Positions 1 to 12,926 of a DNA stretch of 64,000 nt are shown here, one piece after another. Both the position numbers and the translations under genes were made by a program. Position 1 is the first letter of the stretch. Every line of letters starts with the position of its first letter. The DNA comes from Octopus sinensis. Lineage: Eukaryota. The stretch spans positions 84,568,001 through 84,632,000 of the forward strand of contig NC_043001.1 of the NCBI RefSeq assembly GCF_006345805.1, in the 5' to 3' direction. The notes under the pieces were generated by a model, which was given only the letters and a program-made list of their open reading frames with translations, was not told the DNA's origin and made no database searches.

Positions 1-202
1 GGGATCTAATGCGCTTGGCTTAGATTTCCCTTGGCGGGCTGGCCATATCGGAGCAATCTCAAGATTAATCAGCCGAAATTGCTAAGATGATCTGGTTCTT
101 GACTGATGACTGAGGGCTTCGAATGTCCCGTCCTGTGGTTCTTGTGTCGTCTCTGTGGTGTTTCATGTTCTTGTCCATGTCTGTAATCATTTTTACTGTT
201 TA

Positions 203-245
<43 letters not shown>

Positions 246-250
246 ATTAT

Positions 251-294
<44 letters not shown>

Positions 295-488
295 ATATAT
301 ATATATTCATACATATATATGCACATATATATATTCACACACACACACACACACACATATAATATATATATATTATATATATATATATATTATATAAAGG
401 GAAAGTTTACGAAAATAAACAAAAGACGAAGGTAGGTGGAGTACAAAGAAACAAATGTATTAGTATAGCGCTCAGGAATAGAAAAAGT

Positions 489-524
489 CTTTTACGTTTC
501 GAGCCTACGCTCTCCGACAGAAAG
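489..524 (-). ncRNA. Degenerate minimal type-I hammerhead in the PLE pLTR
   Basis: Minus strand reads cttt-CUGUCGG-a-gagc(gtag)gctc-GAAACGUA-aaag. Stems I and II are intact, but the core has two deviations from CUGANGA. Confidence 0.55.
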
Positions 525-1532
525 GTACACAGAAAAAAACAAGGAGAGAAACAAGGAGAGAAAAAAATGCGTGTAGTAGCTAACGATCTATCATGGCTTC
601 TTGACTTCCGACAATGGTCAGACGCGAAAGGACAGTAGGGGAGATAACAGAGTCAAGTGACTTCTAATACGAAGGTGCCACCAACACAAAGGTGCGTGTA
701 TGTATAAGAGAGTATGTATGTGCGTGTGAAAGAGGGCTGGTGGTCTGGACGTGCGTGTGTATGTATGTGTGGATGTGAGATGTGGAGATGGGTGTGCGGG
801 TGGTGTGTTGTGATGTGATATGTGTATGTATGTGTAGGCTTAAAGATGTGGGGAGGCATGTGATGTTGTAGGGTGTAGTGTAGTGTGGTATGATGTTGTG
901 GGAGGTGGGGGAGGTGGGGGAAAGCACAGGTGGGGTATGGGTTCGGCTAGAGGTTGGGGTAGAGTGGGGGTTGTGGGTAGGTAGAGCGTAGGGTTAGAGG
1001 TGAGGTATGTGGGGGAGGGGTATGAGATAGGGTTGAGGTATGTGGGGAGAGGTGTGGGATAGGGGTGACGTGTGTGGGATAGAGTGGGGAGAAAGGGTGG
1101 GAAGGATAGGGAAAGTGGAGTAGGGGTGGGTGGGTTTTTTGGGGGAGGGGAAGGTGGGTATATGAGGAGAGAGAGGAGGAAAGAAGGAGAGACGAGAAGA
1201 GAGGGCGGGGAGGGGGAGAGAGGGAGAAAGGGGAAAGAGGAGAGGGGGGGGGGAGGAGGAGGAGGAGGGGGGGAGAAGAGGAGGAGGGAGAAAAGTGGAG
1301 AGGGGAGAGAAGGAGAGTGAAGGAGCAGAGAAAAAGAGACAAGGGAGAAGAGAGTAGGAGAGAAGAGGGAAAGAGAGTAGAGGGGAAGAGGGAAGAAGAG
1401 GGAGAAGAAGGAAGAAGGGGGAAGAAGGGAAAGAAGGGAAGAAGAGGGAAGAAGGGAAAGAGGGAAGAAGAGGGAAAGAGAGTAGGGGTGAAAAGATGTA
1501 GGAGTGAAGATAAGTAGGAGTCGGGGAGGAGG

Positions 1533-1995
1533 TTAGATGAAAAGTGGGGGAGAGTTGAGCCCAAATGGCGTAAAAGAGCAAAGAGAGAAGATTAAACCCT
1601 GTTTACGGTGCAAGCGGGAATCAGGATGGCCTCTGTGCAAGGACAATCCGAACACAGACAGGTGTTGCAAGGAGTGACCGGTGGAGCGGAAATGGCGTGA
1701 GACTTGAGTGTCATTGGCGAGGCGGATGTCTCGGAGTTGTTCCGCGAACCGGTCAGCCAAGCGGCGTCCTGTTTGTCAGATGTACAGGGAATGGCAGAGA
1801 GAGCAGGAGATGAATAGATGATATTGCTGGAGGTGCAGGTGAAGGAGTCGATGATGCGATAGGGTCGATGATGGGTGCCGGTAGGAGGGTGGTGTTGGAG
1901 AGGTAAGGGCAAGTGCGGCAGCGTGGGCGGGAGCAGGAGAAGGAGCCAGGTTGGGAGGTAGGGTTGGGGAAGAAGCTGTGGACCAAGAGGTCTCA
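1533..1995 (-). pseudogene. Frameshifted PLE GIY-YIG endonuclease domain
   Basis: Three overlapping ORF pieces (1753-1986, 1592-1996, 1533-1760) join into a CxxC linker plus GIY-YIG domain ending in GLN. Confidence 0.8.
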
Positions 1996-2011
1996 TATAT
2001 ATATATATATA

Positions 2012-2763
2012 TTTAAAAATTAAGGGTAGAAATTGATATTAGTCAATTAAAACCAGTGGTCTAGCACATTAAAAAGAATCCGAAGATTAAAATATTTATA
2101 TATACCAATTAAGGACTGAACACGAAAAGGTGGACAGTCAACATGCTAGATATAGACGTCAAATCGCCATTCTCCACAAGGATTATGCTCTCAAATAAAA
2201 ATAAAATCAGCAAGCACGACCTAAAGCAATGGATGAGACAAAAGAAATATACTAAATGGAATAATTACCTACGTACTGCAGTTTCAGCTATTAATATCAC
2301 AAGGATATCTGTAGCTTCATCAGCGTAGTTTGTTATGAGCATAATATGCTGTACTAGATGAAAAACGGTACCGGAGTCCCGCATGCAAAAAGTACAACCT
2401 ATTACGTTCGGATGTATCTTCTCGAATGCCTCTACTTTTGGCGCGCTGATAATCGAAAAACTAGCTTGCAGCCAATAATTGCAGCAGTCAATTTATCGGT
2501 TTGAGAACATATATTTCATATTTAAAAATTAAGGGTAGAAATTGATATTAGTCAATTAAAACCAGTGGTCTAGCACATTAAAAAGAATCCGAAGATTAAA
2601 AAATTTATATATACCAATTAAGGACTGAACACGAAAAGGTGGACAGTCAACATGCTAGATATAGACGTCAAATCGCCATTCTCCACAAGGATTATGTTCT
2701 CAAATAAAAATAAAATTCAGCACGACCTAAAGCAATGGATGAGACAAAAGAAATATACTAAAT
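2012..2763 (-). mobile_element. Retrozyme-like non-coding element, ~1.5 units of a 509-nt repeat, (TA)n-flanked
   Basis: 2012-2257 is repeated at 2521-2763, and an intact HHR lies between the two copies. Confidence 0.8.
2269..2328 (-). ncRNA. Type-I hammerhead ribozyme, intact core
   Basis: Minus strand reads ctacg-CUGAUGA-agcta...tagct-GAAAC-ugca-GUA^cgtag. Predicted cleavage is between 2274 and 2273. Helix III ACUGCAGU is a palindrome. Confidence 0.92.
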
Positions 2764-2800
2764 ATATATATAATATATTATATATATATATATATATATA

Positions 2801-3497
2801 CTAGCAGCATAGCCCGGCGTTGCCCGGGTATGTAAGAACCCTTAGTAGGCAACGACTAATCCCAATCTAGTCCTTTCCCTCTAGGGAACGAAGGCGCATG
2901 TGTAGGTTGCAATGTCTTCTCTTCACTCCCAAATAACTATCAAACAGCTATCGATAATTCAACCCAACCAATTCCTACCAGGAAGAAATTACATTCGAGA
3001 CTTTACCCCCAACACCGCCATTTCTGCTAATAGCTGCTGCAGCCGCAAGTTATTCGAATACTTTTTTTGTTTACACTTTCTTTATAACTACACACCCACC
3101 AAACGTTTTACCTTAAATTTTTGACGTACCCTAAGGGTCCTCGGACGCTACTAGCAAACTCTTGGTTTATTATAAACCGCTTTGTCGTGTGCATCAAAAA
3201 ACCTTTTCCCTCTCGTTGTTCAGTTGTTTGGTCGAGTTGCTTCCCCTAGACAGTCTGTAGAAAATGTGTTGCATATAAAAAGCTTAGATTCTCGACCCAT
3301 GTCGAATTTATCGATTTTTTTTCAGAACTGGGGAAACTTTTCAAAATTTTCGCTGCGTTAGTTTTGAATTATGACATTGGGCTACGTGTGAGTCAAGTTT
3401 CATCAGAATCGGTTGAAAGCCGTGGTCAGGGTGAGGGTACAACCTGACAGACATACAGACACACAGACAGACAAACTGCCGTTTATATATAGAGAGA
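2801..3497 (-). mobile_element. Non-autonomous Helitron
   Basis: Minus strand starts TCTCTCTATATATAAACGGCAG, has a subterminal hairpin (cccgggcaacgccggg) and ends CTAG, inserted in a TA tract. Confidence 0.8.
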
Positions 3498-3499
3498 TA

Positions 3500-3541
<42 letters not shown>

Positions 3542-3624
3542 ATACATACATACATATATATATATGATAATATTATATATATATGTTATATAAAATATAT
3601 ATAATATTATATATATATTATAAT

Positions 3625-3677
<53 letters not shown>

Positions 3678-3678
3678 A

Positions 3679-3744
<66 letters not shown>

Positions 3745-3745
<1 letters not shown>

Positions 3746-4442
3746 GCATATATGGTCACAGGACGTCAACAACGATGCAAATAACATGAAGTATGTAAAT
3801 AAACGAGGGAAAATGAGTGAAATACGTAAACAACGTGTAAAAAGTGGAAAACAGGAGAAGCTAACTCAGAAAAGTAAGTTTTTCTTCAACGTTTTGATGC
3901 TACTCTCTACTCTGTACTGTTTTCTTCCTCCATCCTTCTCTAATTATCTTTTTCTCACCCTCTCACCTTCACCGTTTTCTATCTGTCTCTCTCTTTCTCT
4001 TTTACTCTCTCTCTCGTTAGTCACACGTGACCATCGTCCGTCTTTCTTTCCCTCACGTGGCCATCTTTCTTTTCCTGCAGGGAAAACGAGCGGACGGGTT
4101 GTTCCCTCTCTCTTCTATTATTTTTTCAAGACAAATATTTCTCCCAGCGTTTACTATTTCCTCTCATTCTGTCATTTTTTGGACCCTCCATAAATCCTAA
4201 GTTATCGTTTAGAATTTATGGGAGCAACTGTCTTTGAAGAATCATATCATATTGTCGTTGAATGCTCGAAATGAGGAGTAGATAGACAGTCGACAACTGA
4301 TGAAAGGTCCTTTCTCTGTGTAAACTTGTCTTGTGTTTAATTTTTTTCTCTCGTTGTTTACGTATATCACTCATTTTCCCCTCGTTTGTTTACGTATTTC
4401 ATGTCATTTGCACCGTTGGTGACGTCCTGTATCCATTTATGC

Positions 4443-4446
<4 letters not shown>
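3745..4446. repeat. (TA)n-embedded element bounded by ~90-bp imperfect inverted repeats
   Basis: 3745-3835 is approximately the reverse complement of 4352-4446 (caggacgtca..gatgcaaat..gaaaatgagtga..tacgtaaacaacg). Confidence 0.65.
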
Positions 4447-4497
<51 letters not shown>

Positions 4498-4675
4498 TTT
4501 AACTGAACGCGACGCATCCATTTCTATTAAGTATATATGTATGTATGCATGTATATGCATGTTTATATATATATATATATAATTTATTATTTAACTGAAC
4601 GCGACGCATCCATTTCTAATTAAGTATATATGTATGTATGCATGTATATGCATGTTTATATATATATATATATAG

Positions 4676-4706
<31 letters not shown>

Positions 4707-5240
4707 TATATTATATATATATATCTCTGTTCAGATATAGTTCTGTTGTACCTATATTTCAACGCTACACACACATACAAACACACACACATATATATCG
4801 GTGCACCACTATGCTCACAGCCTTTAGCCTGAAACATAAAACGAAATAAATACAGATTGATTGATAGTGAGATAGGTAGATATGGTTGAGTGTGTCTGTC
4901 TGTCTGTCTCTCTCTCTCTCTGTCTATAAATATATATCCATGTTAGCACAACATGTCACAGCACTTTGTCTAGCATATGGGAAACATCTGGTCTCTCCTT
5001 GTCATTTCTAAGCGCCTTCCTTTCCAATGTTCTATGTTGAAGAGGAGATAAGTACTCAGAAGTGAATGCATCGATCGATCGATGGACTTGGTATATTTGC
5101 CTGTTTTTGACTATAGCGAAAATGTTATTGAATAAAATGCAGTTACGGCTTCCTTACGAATTCGAATAAGTTGCAAACATGTTTGACCTGGCAACAAGCT
5201 GTGTATATCTGTAGCCTGTATGTGTGTGCTTGTGTGTGTA

Positions 5241-5273
<33 letters not shown>

Positions 5274-5835
5274 GTAAGTATATATTATGTATATATACAT
5301 ACATATGTAGACATATATCTACTTACGACTATATTCGAGTGTATGACATGAAATTATGTGAGATGAAGTTCATTCAGACCCCTGTATGTGTGCATGTACT
5401 GATTGTATGATGAGTTGAGGAGTGGAGAGTAGGTAATCTTATATATGTGTTTGTGAGGAGTAGTGTACAATACAGGGTGGTGAGTCTGTATGTGCTTATA
5501 TAAAGTGGTGTAAGTGAAATGGTCCGCGATAGGAGAGTACGTTGGATGGGTCAAAGCGTGTTGTTTGTGTGGACGTCATGGCATCTGTTGCAGCGGATCT
5601 GGGGGCGGGATAAAGATGTATTTGGTGTGAGAGTGTTTGATGAGCAACGGGAAAATGTCACGTAAATTAGGGGCCCGATTTAAGGAAAAGAGGACTCATT
5701 TATGTTATATAGGGAAAATAGTGGTGTCCTGAGGAAAAAATGTGCAAAATGTGCTGGTTGGACGCTGAAGAGGTTAAGTGTTAAGATGAAATATGAGAGG
5801 GGATTTCAAATGGACAAGGTTAGTACTAGTGCAGG

Positions 5836-6175
5836 TCATAATAGCTGAAGTATTATCAACAGTATAAGAACAGAGGCAAGGTTAGTAAGATTTTGTGGTG
5901 TAGACACAACGCATAATTGGAGGGGTATCATATAACTTTGGATGTTAGAGTTGTGATCGTGGCTAAGGCGTATCTGAAGGCGTAGGAATCGTGAGTAGGG
6001 AATGGAATGTTTGGCATGATTTGAGTGGAAAGAGGTGGAGTTCAGATATGTGTGGCGTATTATATATATGTAAAATAGAACAAACAGAGAGAGGTAGATT
6101 TCGGTACTCAACGATGACAGATGTGCCGAGAAAATTGAGAGTGGATGTGGGGGAAATCAATGGCTGAGTGAAATT
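5836..6175 (-). pseudogene. PLE reverse transcriptase C-terminal (thumb) remnant
   Basis: STLNFLGTSV and YLNSTSFHSNHAKHSIPYSRFLRL match the PLE motifs FLD and YL...S.HP.H.K.SIPYSQFLRL. Confidence 0.7.
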
Positions 6176-7339
6176 GCTCCCTTGGGAGCCAACCCCTTAT
6201 AACAGTAAATGTCTTAGAATATTTATTTTTAAATATCAGTCACTGCATAGGAACCCATTAAAACTGAGATGTGGTGATTGATATGTTGACTCTTAACATT
6301 GAGAGGAACATCAAATTATTTTTATTGCTGTTAAGTTGAAGAAATCGGGTTGGGCGGAGCCATAGCAATAAAATATTAATTACAAACTGGAGCACACATT
6401 TAACAATGCTGAAATTTAACATAAAATATTCGAATTACATTTCAGCTGCTAGCAAATTTTTTAAGCAATAGGACACGGGTATAGAATAAAGTGTACAAAT
6501 ATGAGTGTAGATGGAATTTGAACACGAAAATATGCCTGTAAATTGCAAATTCCACGTAGAACCGCTTTATATAACTTATAACTAGTGTAACCTGAATAAT
6601 TACATTTTAACCTTCTCTCGAACTTCTAAGATTTACAATGTAAAATGATAACACTAAAGACATTATCAATCGTCAATCTGCTGATAATGATTTTTTAAAA
6701 CAAGTACTAAGGAGCAAAACGCTCCATAGTGCAGCTATTGCAGAGAGAAGTGGATAAGTACATGTTTATAAAAGGCATACGAGAGGATGAGAGTCAAGCA
6801 GTGGTCCTCATTATTATGAGGTATTATTGGTATCATGTCTTCTAAAGGACGAGTCCAAAACTATAAGGTATTGTTCTGTAATCTGTTCAAGTTTGATGGA
6901 TGTCATAGCCCGAGATTAAACAACAACAAATAACAAATATTTACCCTCTTAATACGATCAGTATCAGAAATTAATTGCAAGATCAGCCTCTGTGTAAATG
7001 ATTGATATAGATTTAAAGAAAGTCCGAGAACTTTTCTATGGGTCGGTTCACATTAGCTCTTTAGAATGAGAATGATACTGGGCATTTAATCTATCTAAGT
7101 ATATGAAAGTGATGCTTTACTCAGACACAAAGATATATAATTATCGAAGCATTAATGGAGATACTAGGTGCATTCCCTAAGTGTTGAGGCATTTTAGAAG
7201 AAGCAGTTTAACTATCAATTATTATATATCTAATAAGCTGACCCGCCAACTTTTCTAAATTCCAAATTGAAAGAGACGGCTGTAACACCACTTTGAATAC
7301 ATAACTTTGAATACTAATCACTGATTGTCACAGCTGATT

Positions 7340-7918
7340 AGTTTCTAGAATGCAGTCAGAAAATTTGAAAGCACGCTATGCAATAAGTTTCGCTGCTTAA
7401 CTGAGAAGACATTTATGAAATGCTCCCGGCTTCATATATGTATTATCTTTCTTGCTGGCACAAGAGGTCAAATTCGCAATTTTTTGGATGAAGACCGTCG
7501 TGTATCTATAAAAACAATAAGAATACAATTTGAACATGGTGTGGCAACATGTGAAACATTTATGCAAAATTTGTTCTCAGGGTAGTCAGTGACGAGCAGG
7601 CTGGTAACCAATTACTTGACAGAGAAGAATATCAAAACTGTCCCTCACTCTTCCTACAGTCCATGCGACTTTTGGTTGTTCCTCAAGCCGAAGGAAATTA
7701 TCAGCGTGGAAGACATTCAAAAAATAAAGGAGGCCCTAACAAAGGTCTTGAACATTTTCACTTTGAAGGATTTCTTCTTGGCCATCACGGAGTGGCTGGA
7801 ACAATACAAGCGTATTGAAGTGAGGGGGCCATAATTTGAAGGCGATTAGTTTTTTTACTTCTTTGTAATTAATAAATGTCTCCCTTGAAAATGTCTGAAA
7901 AGCTCTTGAACGCACCTT
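7340..7918 (+). mobile_element. Deleted mariner relic
   Basis: IKTVPHSSYSPCDFWLF resembles HPPYSPDLAPCDFWLF. A TIR-like end ttgaacgcacct-TA is present. Confidence 0.65.
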
Positions 7919-9416
7919 ACATAAATACATGCATACATGCACATATACATGCGTGTGTATATGTATGTATGGATGAATGGATGCATGTATGTATGTATGT
8001 ATGTATGTATGTATGTATGTATGTATGTATGTATGTATGTATGTATGTATGCATGTATGCATGTATATATGTATGTGTGTGTATGTGTGTATGTGTGTGT
8101 GTGTCGGTGTCTGAGCTGGCATCATATGAAGGCCTGAATAATGCAAAGAAGCGTACTCTGACCACTGGTGCATAACTACATCCGATAGTCTGGTTGATGC
8201 AATGGTGCAATGTCACTCATGGAAAAATTTGAAAACCGCAAGAGTACGCGTCGTATATTCCCTAATATTTTCACATATCTTTACATTTCTAAATGCATTA
8301 ATATTTCCCCTACCTACCATGTGTAATTAGTGTTAAATGGATCACCTATATTGAGATCCGTCGGGTGGTAACGCGCATGAGTCACGATATTATTTATTTC
8401 ATTATGAATTTCTATGCGATATTCTGAATTGAATTTGTATCATATTTTGAAGTACAATTTAAAATACAAGTTTCAGACGCAAACTGGTTATTTAACTGGT
8501 TTTGATTTTCAAAAGAAATTTGCATATCAATGAAAAATATAAATGTCAATACGAAAGTTCGTTAATAATTTTTTTGCTACGCAACTCTTTGTTACATTTT
8601 TTTCTACTCGAGTGCATAAGTAATTACATGCTCTCAGTAAATTAAATACATAGCTTGTCAAGAAAGAATATGTAAGTAAAGTGCTTAAAATTGCTTTAGA
8701 CCTCATATATATGAGTGTGTGTGTATGCATTTGTGTGCGTGCGTGTGAGTGTGTGTATGTGTGTGTCTGTGTCTGTCTCTGTCTGTCTGCCGACCTTTTG
8801 CCTGTTTGCCTGTCTGTCTGTCTGTCTGTCTGTATGTATGTATGTATGTATATGTCCTTGTGTTGGTTGTCTCTCCACTCTTGAAAACCGGCGCTGGTGT
8901 GTTTATATCTTCGTTCCTTAGCTCAGTAAAAGAGCCGAATAGAGCAGCCTACAGGCTTAAAAAAAAGTAGTACAAAGGGCTATTTGAAACTTTCACGGCA
9001 GAGTTTGAACTTGACTGTACTCCAACGAGTGAATAAAAGGAAAAAATCCAAGAACAGAATTATTTATATAGTTAGTTTTTTCATTGTCTCTACTTTAATT
9101 CCATTGTCTATTTAGATTTGGTTTCAGCGGTTTTAGGATAAACTGAGACGTTTCAATTACAATAAAGAAAGCAATTCTTTTTAATATAGGTATAAGGTCT
9201 GAAATTTGGGGGAGTAGTAAGTCAGTTACATCGACTCAGTACTTGACTGGCACTTTATTTCATCAGCCCTCATGGGATAGAAATCAAAGTCGACCTCGGT
9301 GGAAGTTGGGATTAGAATTATCGCGTGAAGTGATGCCGCTAAACATTTTGTCCAACATGCTAACAATTCTCCAAGCTCTCCGCCTAAAAATAATAGTAGT
9401 AGTAGTAGTAGTAGTA

Positions 9417-9459
<43 letters not shown>

Positions 9460-9589
9460 TGATGATTTCTTTCGTTGGCTACAAGGGTCTAAAACATGGA
9501 GGATAATATCGAAGGGCGAGTTACAGCATAAAAAACATTTACAAAAACATGTGGCGTTAACATCAATCAAGGAGAAGTACTTTTCTAAT

Positions 9590-9967
9590 CTAGGCACCAT
9601 GCCCGAAATTTTGGATGGGGAGACCAGTCGATTAGATCGACTCCAGTATACAACTAGTACTTAATTTATCGAACCCGAAAGGATGAAAAGCAAAGTCGAT
9701 CTCGACGGAATTTGAACTCAGAACGTAAAGAGAGACGAAATACCTATTTCTTTACTGCCCACAAGGGGCTACACACAGAAGGGACAAACAAACGGATTAA
9801 GTCGATTATATCGACCGCAGTGCGTAACTGGTACTTAATTTATCGACCCCGAAGGGATGAAAGGCAAAGTCAACCTCGGCGGAATTTGAACTCAGAACGT
9901 AAAGACAGACGGAATACCGCTAAGCAATTCCCCCGGGGTGCTAATGTTTCTGCCAGCTTGCCGCCTT
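9590..9967 (-). mobile_element. tRNA-derived SINE with Meta/MESC-like central domain (family A), dimeric
   Basis: A-box-like head ggcggcaagctggcagaa, B-box gagttcaaattcc, and a core like gtcgactttgcctttcatcctttcggggtcgataaattaagtacc present twice. Confidence 0.7.
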
Positions 9968-10494
9968 AATCAAGGAGAGATACTACCATATTAAAGGATA
10001 TAACAGAGAATATATAATAGAAAGTAGAGATATAAATAAATAATAAATAGAATCCCCAATAGCAGAGCAGTCCATTTAGTGTAATTCGGGGTAAACCCCC
10101 AACAAAATTCCCGGATTAGTTTGCCATTCACGAGGCCAAATATCTCGGAAAGTTTCATCCGAATCCATCCCGCGGTTCTTGAGATATCTTGTCCATAGAC
10201 AAACAAACAAACACTACTGAAAAACAATATCTCCGCCTTAGCGAAGCCAGAGATAATTAACAAAAACTCGAACAATAATATTTCCTAAAAGGCGAGATAC
10301 TTCCCCCAGAGGCAACCAAGAAACTCCACTCTTCCTGAACACCTTGACAGCCAAAGGCACCTCGAGCGGGCGCCCCTCGCTACTCCAATCCCTCCGGCTT
10401 ACAGGTGCATGCTTAAAGTCGACCCTTTCCCACAGGTCATCCTCGCCACTTTCACCCACCTTTCAACAAAATTGCTAGGAGCAGCATTTTCCTC

Positions 10495-10529
<35 letters not shown>

Positions 10530-10539
10530 TCTCTCTCTC

Positions 10540-11410
10540 AAATAGAACTTGAAGACGTCAAACTTTGCCGAAGAGGAATGTATCTGTCTTCAGTCCTTTC
10601 AACCAAACTACATCTTTCACCGCATCCACGAGACAAGAAACTGCTTTCTTTTCCCAACCAAAAGAAGATGGGAGGCGCGATCTTCACGATGGACTCGGTC
10701 AATAATCGGACCCGTCCTACATGTAACGACAGCTGTTCCACCAACCTTCATAGGCCAGCAATGCCCGGACAGTGGACAAGTGCATGCAGAACGCCTTCAT
10801 GACCCCCACGCGCATCTCAGACAGATCCGTCTGACAGTTTTGTGCCTGTAAAACTTGTCTCTAACTGACAGACCCCCATCAACCCGGTAGTACTGCCAAT
10901 ACAGTGATTTCTGAAAATTATCCATAGGGCCAGACTCGAAAATCCTCGGGAAAAGACCAGCCAATTGATCTCTCCCGACGCCCAGAGATTCCCCGAGGAC
11001 GTCATCGCTTCTGCGCGACACTAATCTCCTACAGAACTCCAAAGTGGAACTTCCACAGATTGCGTTGCCCACTGGTTGAAGGCAGTGAACGCTTGCTGGC
11101 ACTTCAGGTACTAGGCACCCATTCACAGTCTATGCTTGATCCAGGACTGCAGTTCCTTTAATGAGGCGAGCTGCGGAAAATCCTGTCTGATAAACGATCA
11201 CTACACTTGCTCACCGTCAAGGAAATGCTGGAAATGTCGCTGCCTCAGCGCATATCTGCGCATCATTAGCCACGCCATGCTCAGTCCTCCACTCAGCGGC
11301 TGCTGATAGTAGCTGAACCGTCTGATGAGCGGAACACGTCCCTCGCAATGAAAGCGGAAGAGAAAGCGCTCCGGCTTGATTAGCCACAAAGCAGGGCAAA
11401 ATAATACCAC
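10540..11410 (-). mobile_element. Decayed Tx1/L1-clade LINE ORF2 3' fragment (diverged relative of 27130-32916)
   Basis: GPMDNFQKSLYWQ..VRDKFYRH and QQPLSGGLSMAWLMMRRYALR align with the 31137-32525 ORF. Confidence 0.85.
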
Positions 11411-11649
11411 CCTTGATCATCACGTCTGGTTTTGCTGAGGTTGTGTATTCAACACCATAATTTTTACAGTGTCCTTCATTATTCACGACGATAAGAAGTA
11501 CTAGATTGCCAAATATATTTCTTCGTTTCTTTCTAATGTTTTTGAAATTACACAGAAAACATTTTTATCGTTGTTTCATGCTTTCTTATTTATTTTTTAC
11601 TTTTATTTTGTTCCTAAGACTTGTAGCAATTAAGTGTTAATTAGAACAA

Positions 11650-12632
11650 AAATGAGATTTTTCTATACTTGTTTCTCTTCACTTTCAATCAATGTTCCAA
11701 AACTTCCAAAGCCGCGCGATTTTTTTGGCGTTATTTGTAAAAGAACTGCAAAGAAATGGATATCTTACGTTTCAGATGAGGGAAATTTAAACTCATAGAC
11801 CCCAAATTCTGGTTGGCCCTTTCAATTCAATGAGGATCGATTAAACAAGCTCATCTACGAAAATCCACGCGAATCCATTAGAAATTTGGCTCAGCAGATG
11901 GGATGCTCTCACAAACTCCGACATTCTTCTATTACCACCAGTTTGCTTGCTCGACTCGAAGCTATTCGTGTATTCAGATATTTCTTTATTGTATCGCCGC
12001 TGGTAATGAAAGATGGTATTTTACATCAATAAGAAGCAGAAGAAAGAATGCCAACCAAGCAAGCAACAACTCGAGCCGAGCCGAGCCAGAGCTGTTTGAT
12101 CTGCGTTTGATGGGATTGGGAAAGGGTTAATTCATTATGAAATCTTTCAAACAATCACGCGGTCAATGCAGAGTTTTACTTTCAGTAAATGCATGGCTCA
12201 TCGAGAAGATCCAGCTGAAACGACGCGGCCGGTGTCTCAGCGAGATTCATCAACATGAAACGCTCGCCCTCCTCGTCGTTAATTTGACCACCAGACACTC
12301 TATTCAAGAGCTTGGTTGTGAAGGACTACCGCTCCCACCGTATTTTCCCGATATAGTGCCTTCAGATTACCTTTTTCTGTCGCTCTCCAACAATCTGCAA
12401 GGTGTTCCGTTCAAAACGATGTGGAGGTGAGAATGTGGCAAGGTGAACTCTTCGACTCAGGACTTGGGTGGTTTCTACAGCCAAAGCACTGACAAGCTGG
12501 TGGAACGTTTGCAAGAAGTCGTGAGCAATGAAGGAGAATATATTATTGACTGATTTCGTAATATTGTTGATGAAAAAATAAGGATAAAAATAAATGGAAT
12601 TGAAAAAGTACGAACGAATTTATTTGACAACA
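11650..12632 (+). mobile_element. Degenerate mariner relic
   Basis: GNERWYF, LPPYFPDIVPSDYLFLSLSNNLQG and a C-terminus resembling EVVSNEGEYIID. Confidence 0.7.
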
Positions 12633-12926
12633 CATTAATTTTATAGATGTTTAGCTGCTATTTCAAGCAACTCGACCTAATATATAGAGATCCCTACACC
12701 TGCAATTGCTACTGTTGCTTAGCTCTAGGTCAACTCAGAGAGTACGAGAAAATCCGTGACAAAAGATATTTCAACCGTGACCTCTTCATCTTGTATTTTA
12801 AAAACACTGAATGTAGAAATGTAGAACTGTCTTATTTAATTTACCCTCTTTAAAAGAGAGTAGCCGGCGCTTTGAGGTTGACTTGGTTGCTATTTCTAGC
12901 AGGTTGAGCAACCGACTAGAGACCTA

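Larger units (their letters stand above)
396..1995 (-). mobile_element. 3' part of a Penelope-like element (Neptune-type): GIY-YIG endonuclease remnant, long low-complexity spacer and pLTR with a degenerate hammerhead; (TA)n on both sides
   Basis: Minus-strand frames encode RPRCRTCPYL, FTCTSSNIIY and LADRFAEQLRDIR...VSRHF...GHS...FGLN, typical of the PLE Zn-linker and GIY-YIG domain. An HHR-like motif lies downstream at 489-524. Confidence 0.8.

Noticed and set aside
55-130. CTGATGA at 103 with nearby GAAA/GAA as a possible hammerhead
   Set aside because: I could not build helices I-III in register in any permutation, and the element is cut by the window edge.
653-1581. Long ORFs rich in His/Thr/Pro/Ser/Leu or Gly/Glu/Arg
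   Set aside because: They are translations of the low-complexity purine tract, not genes.
6200-7260. Possible ancient LINE or host exon sequence (also 24480-25740)
   Set aside because: No motif or open frame could be recognised with confidence.
11322-11360. CTGATGA...GAAA on the + strand
   Set aside because: It is the antisense of LINE ORF2 sequence and has no supporting stems.
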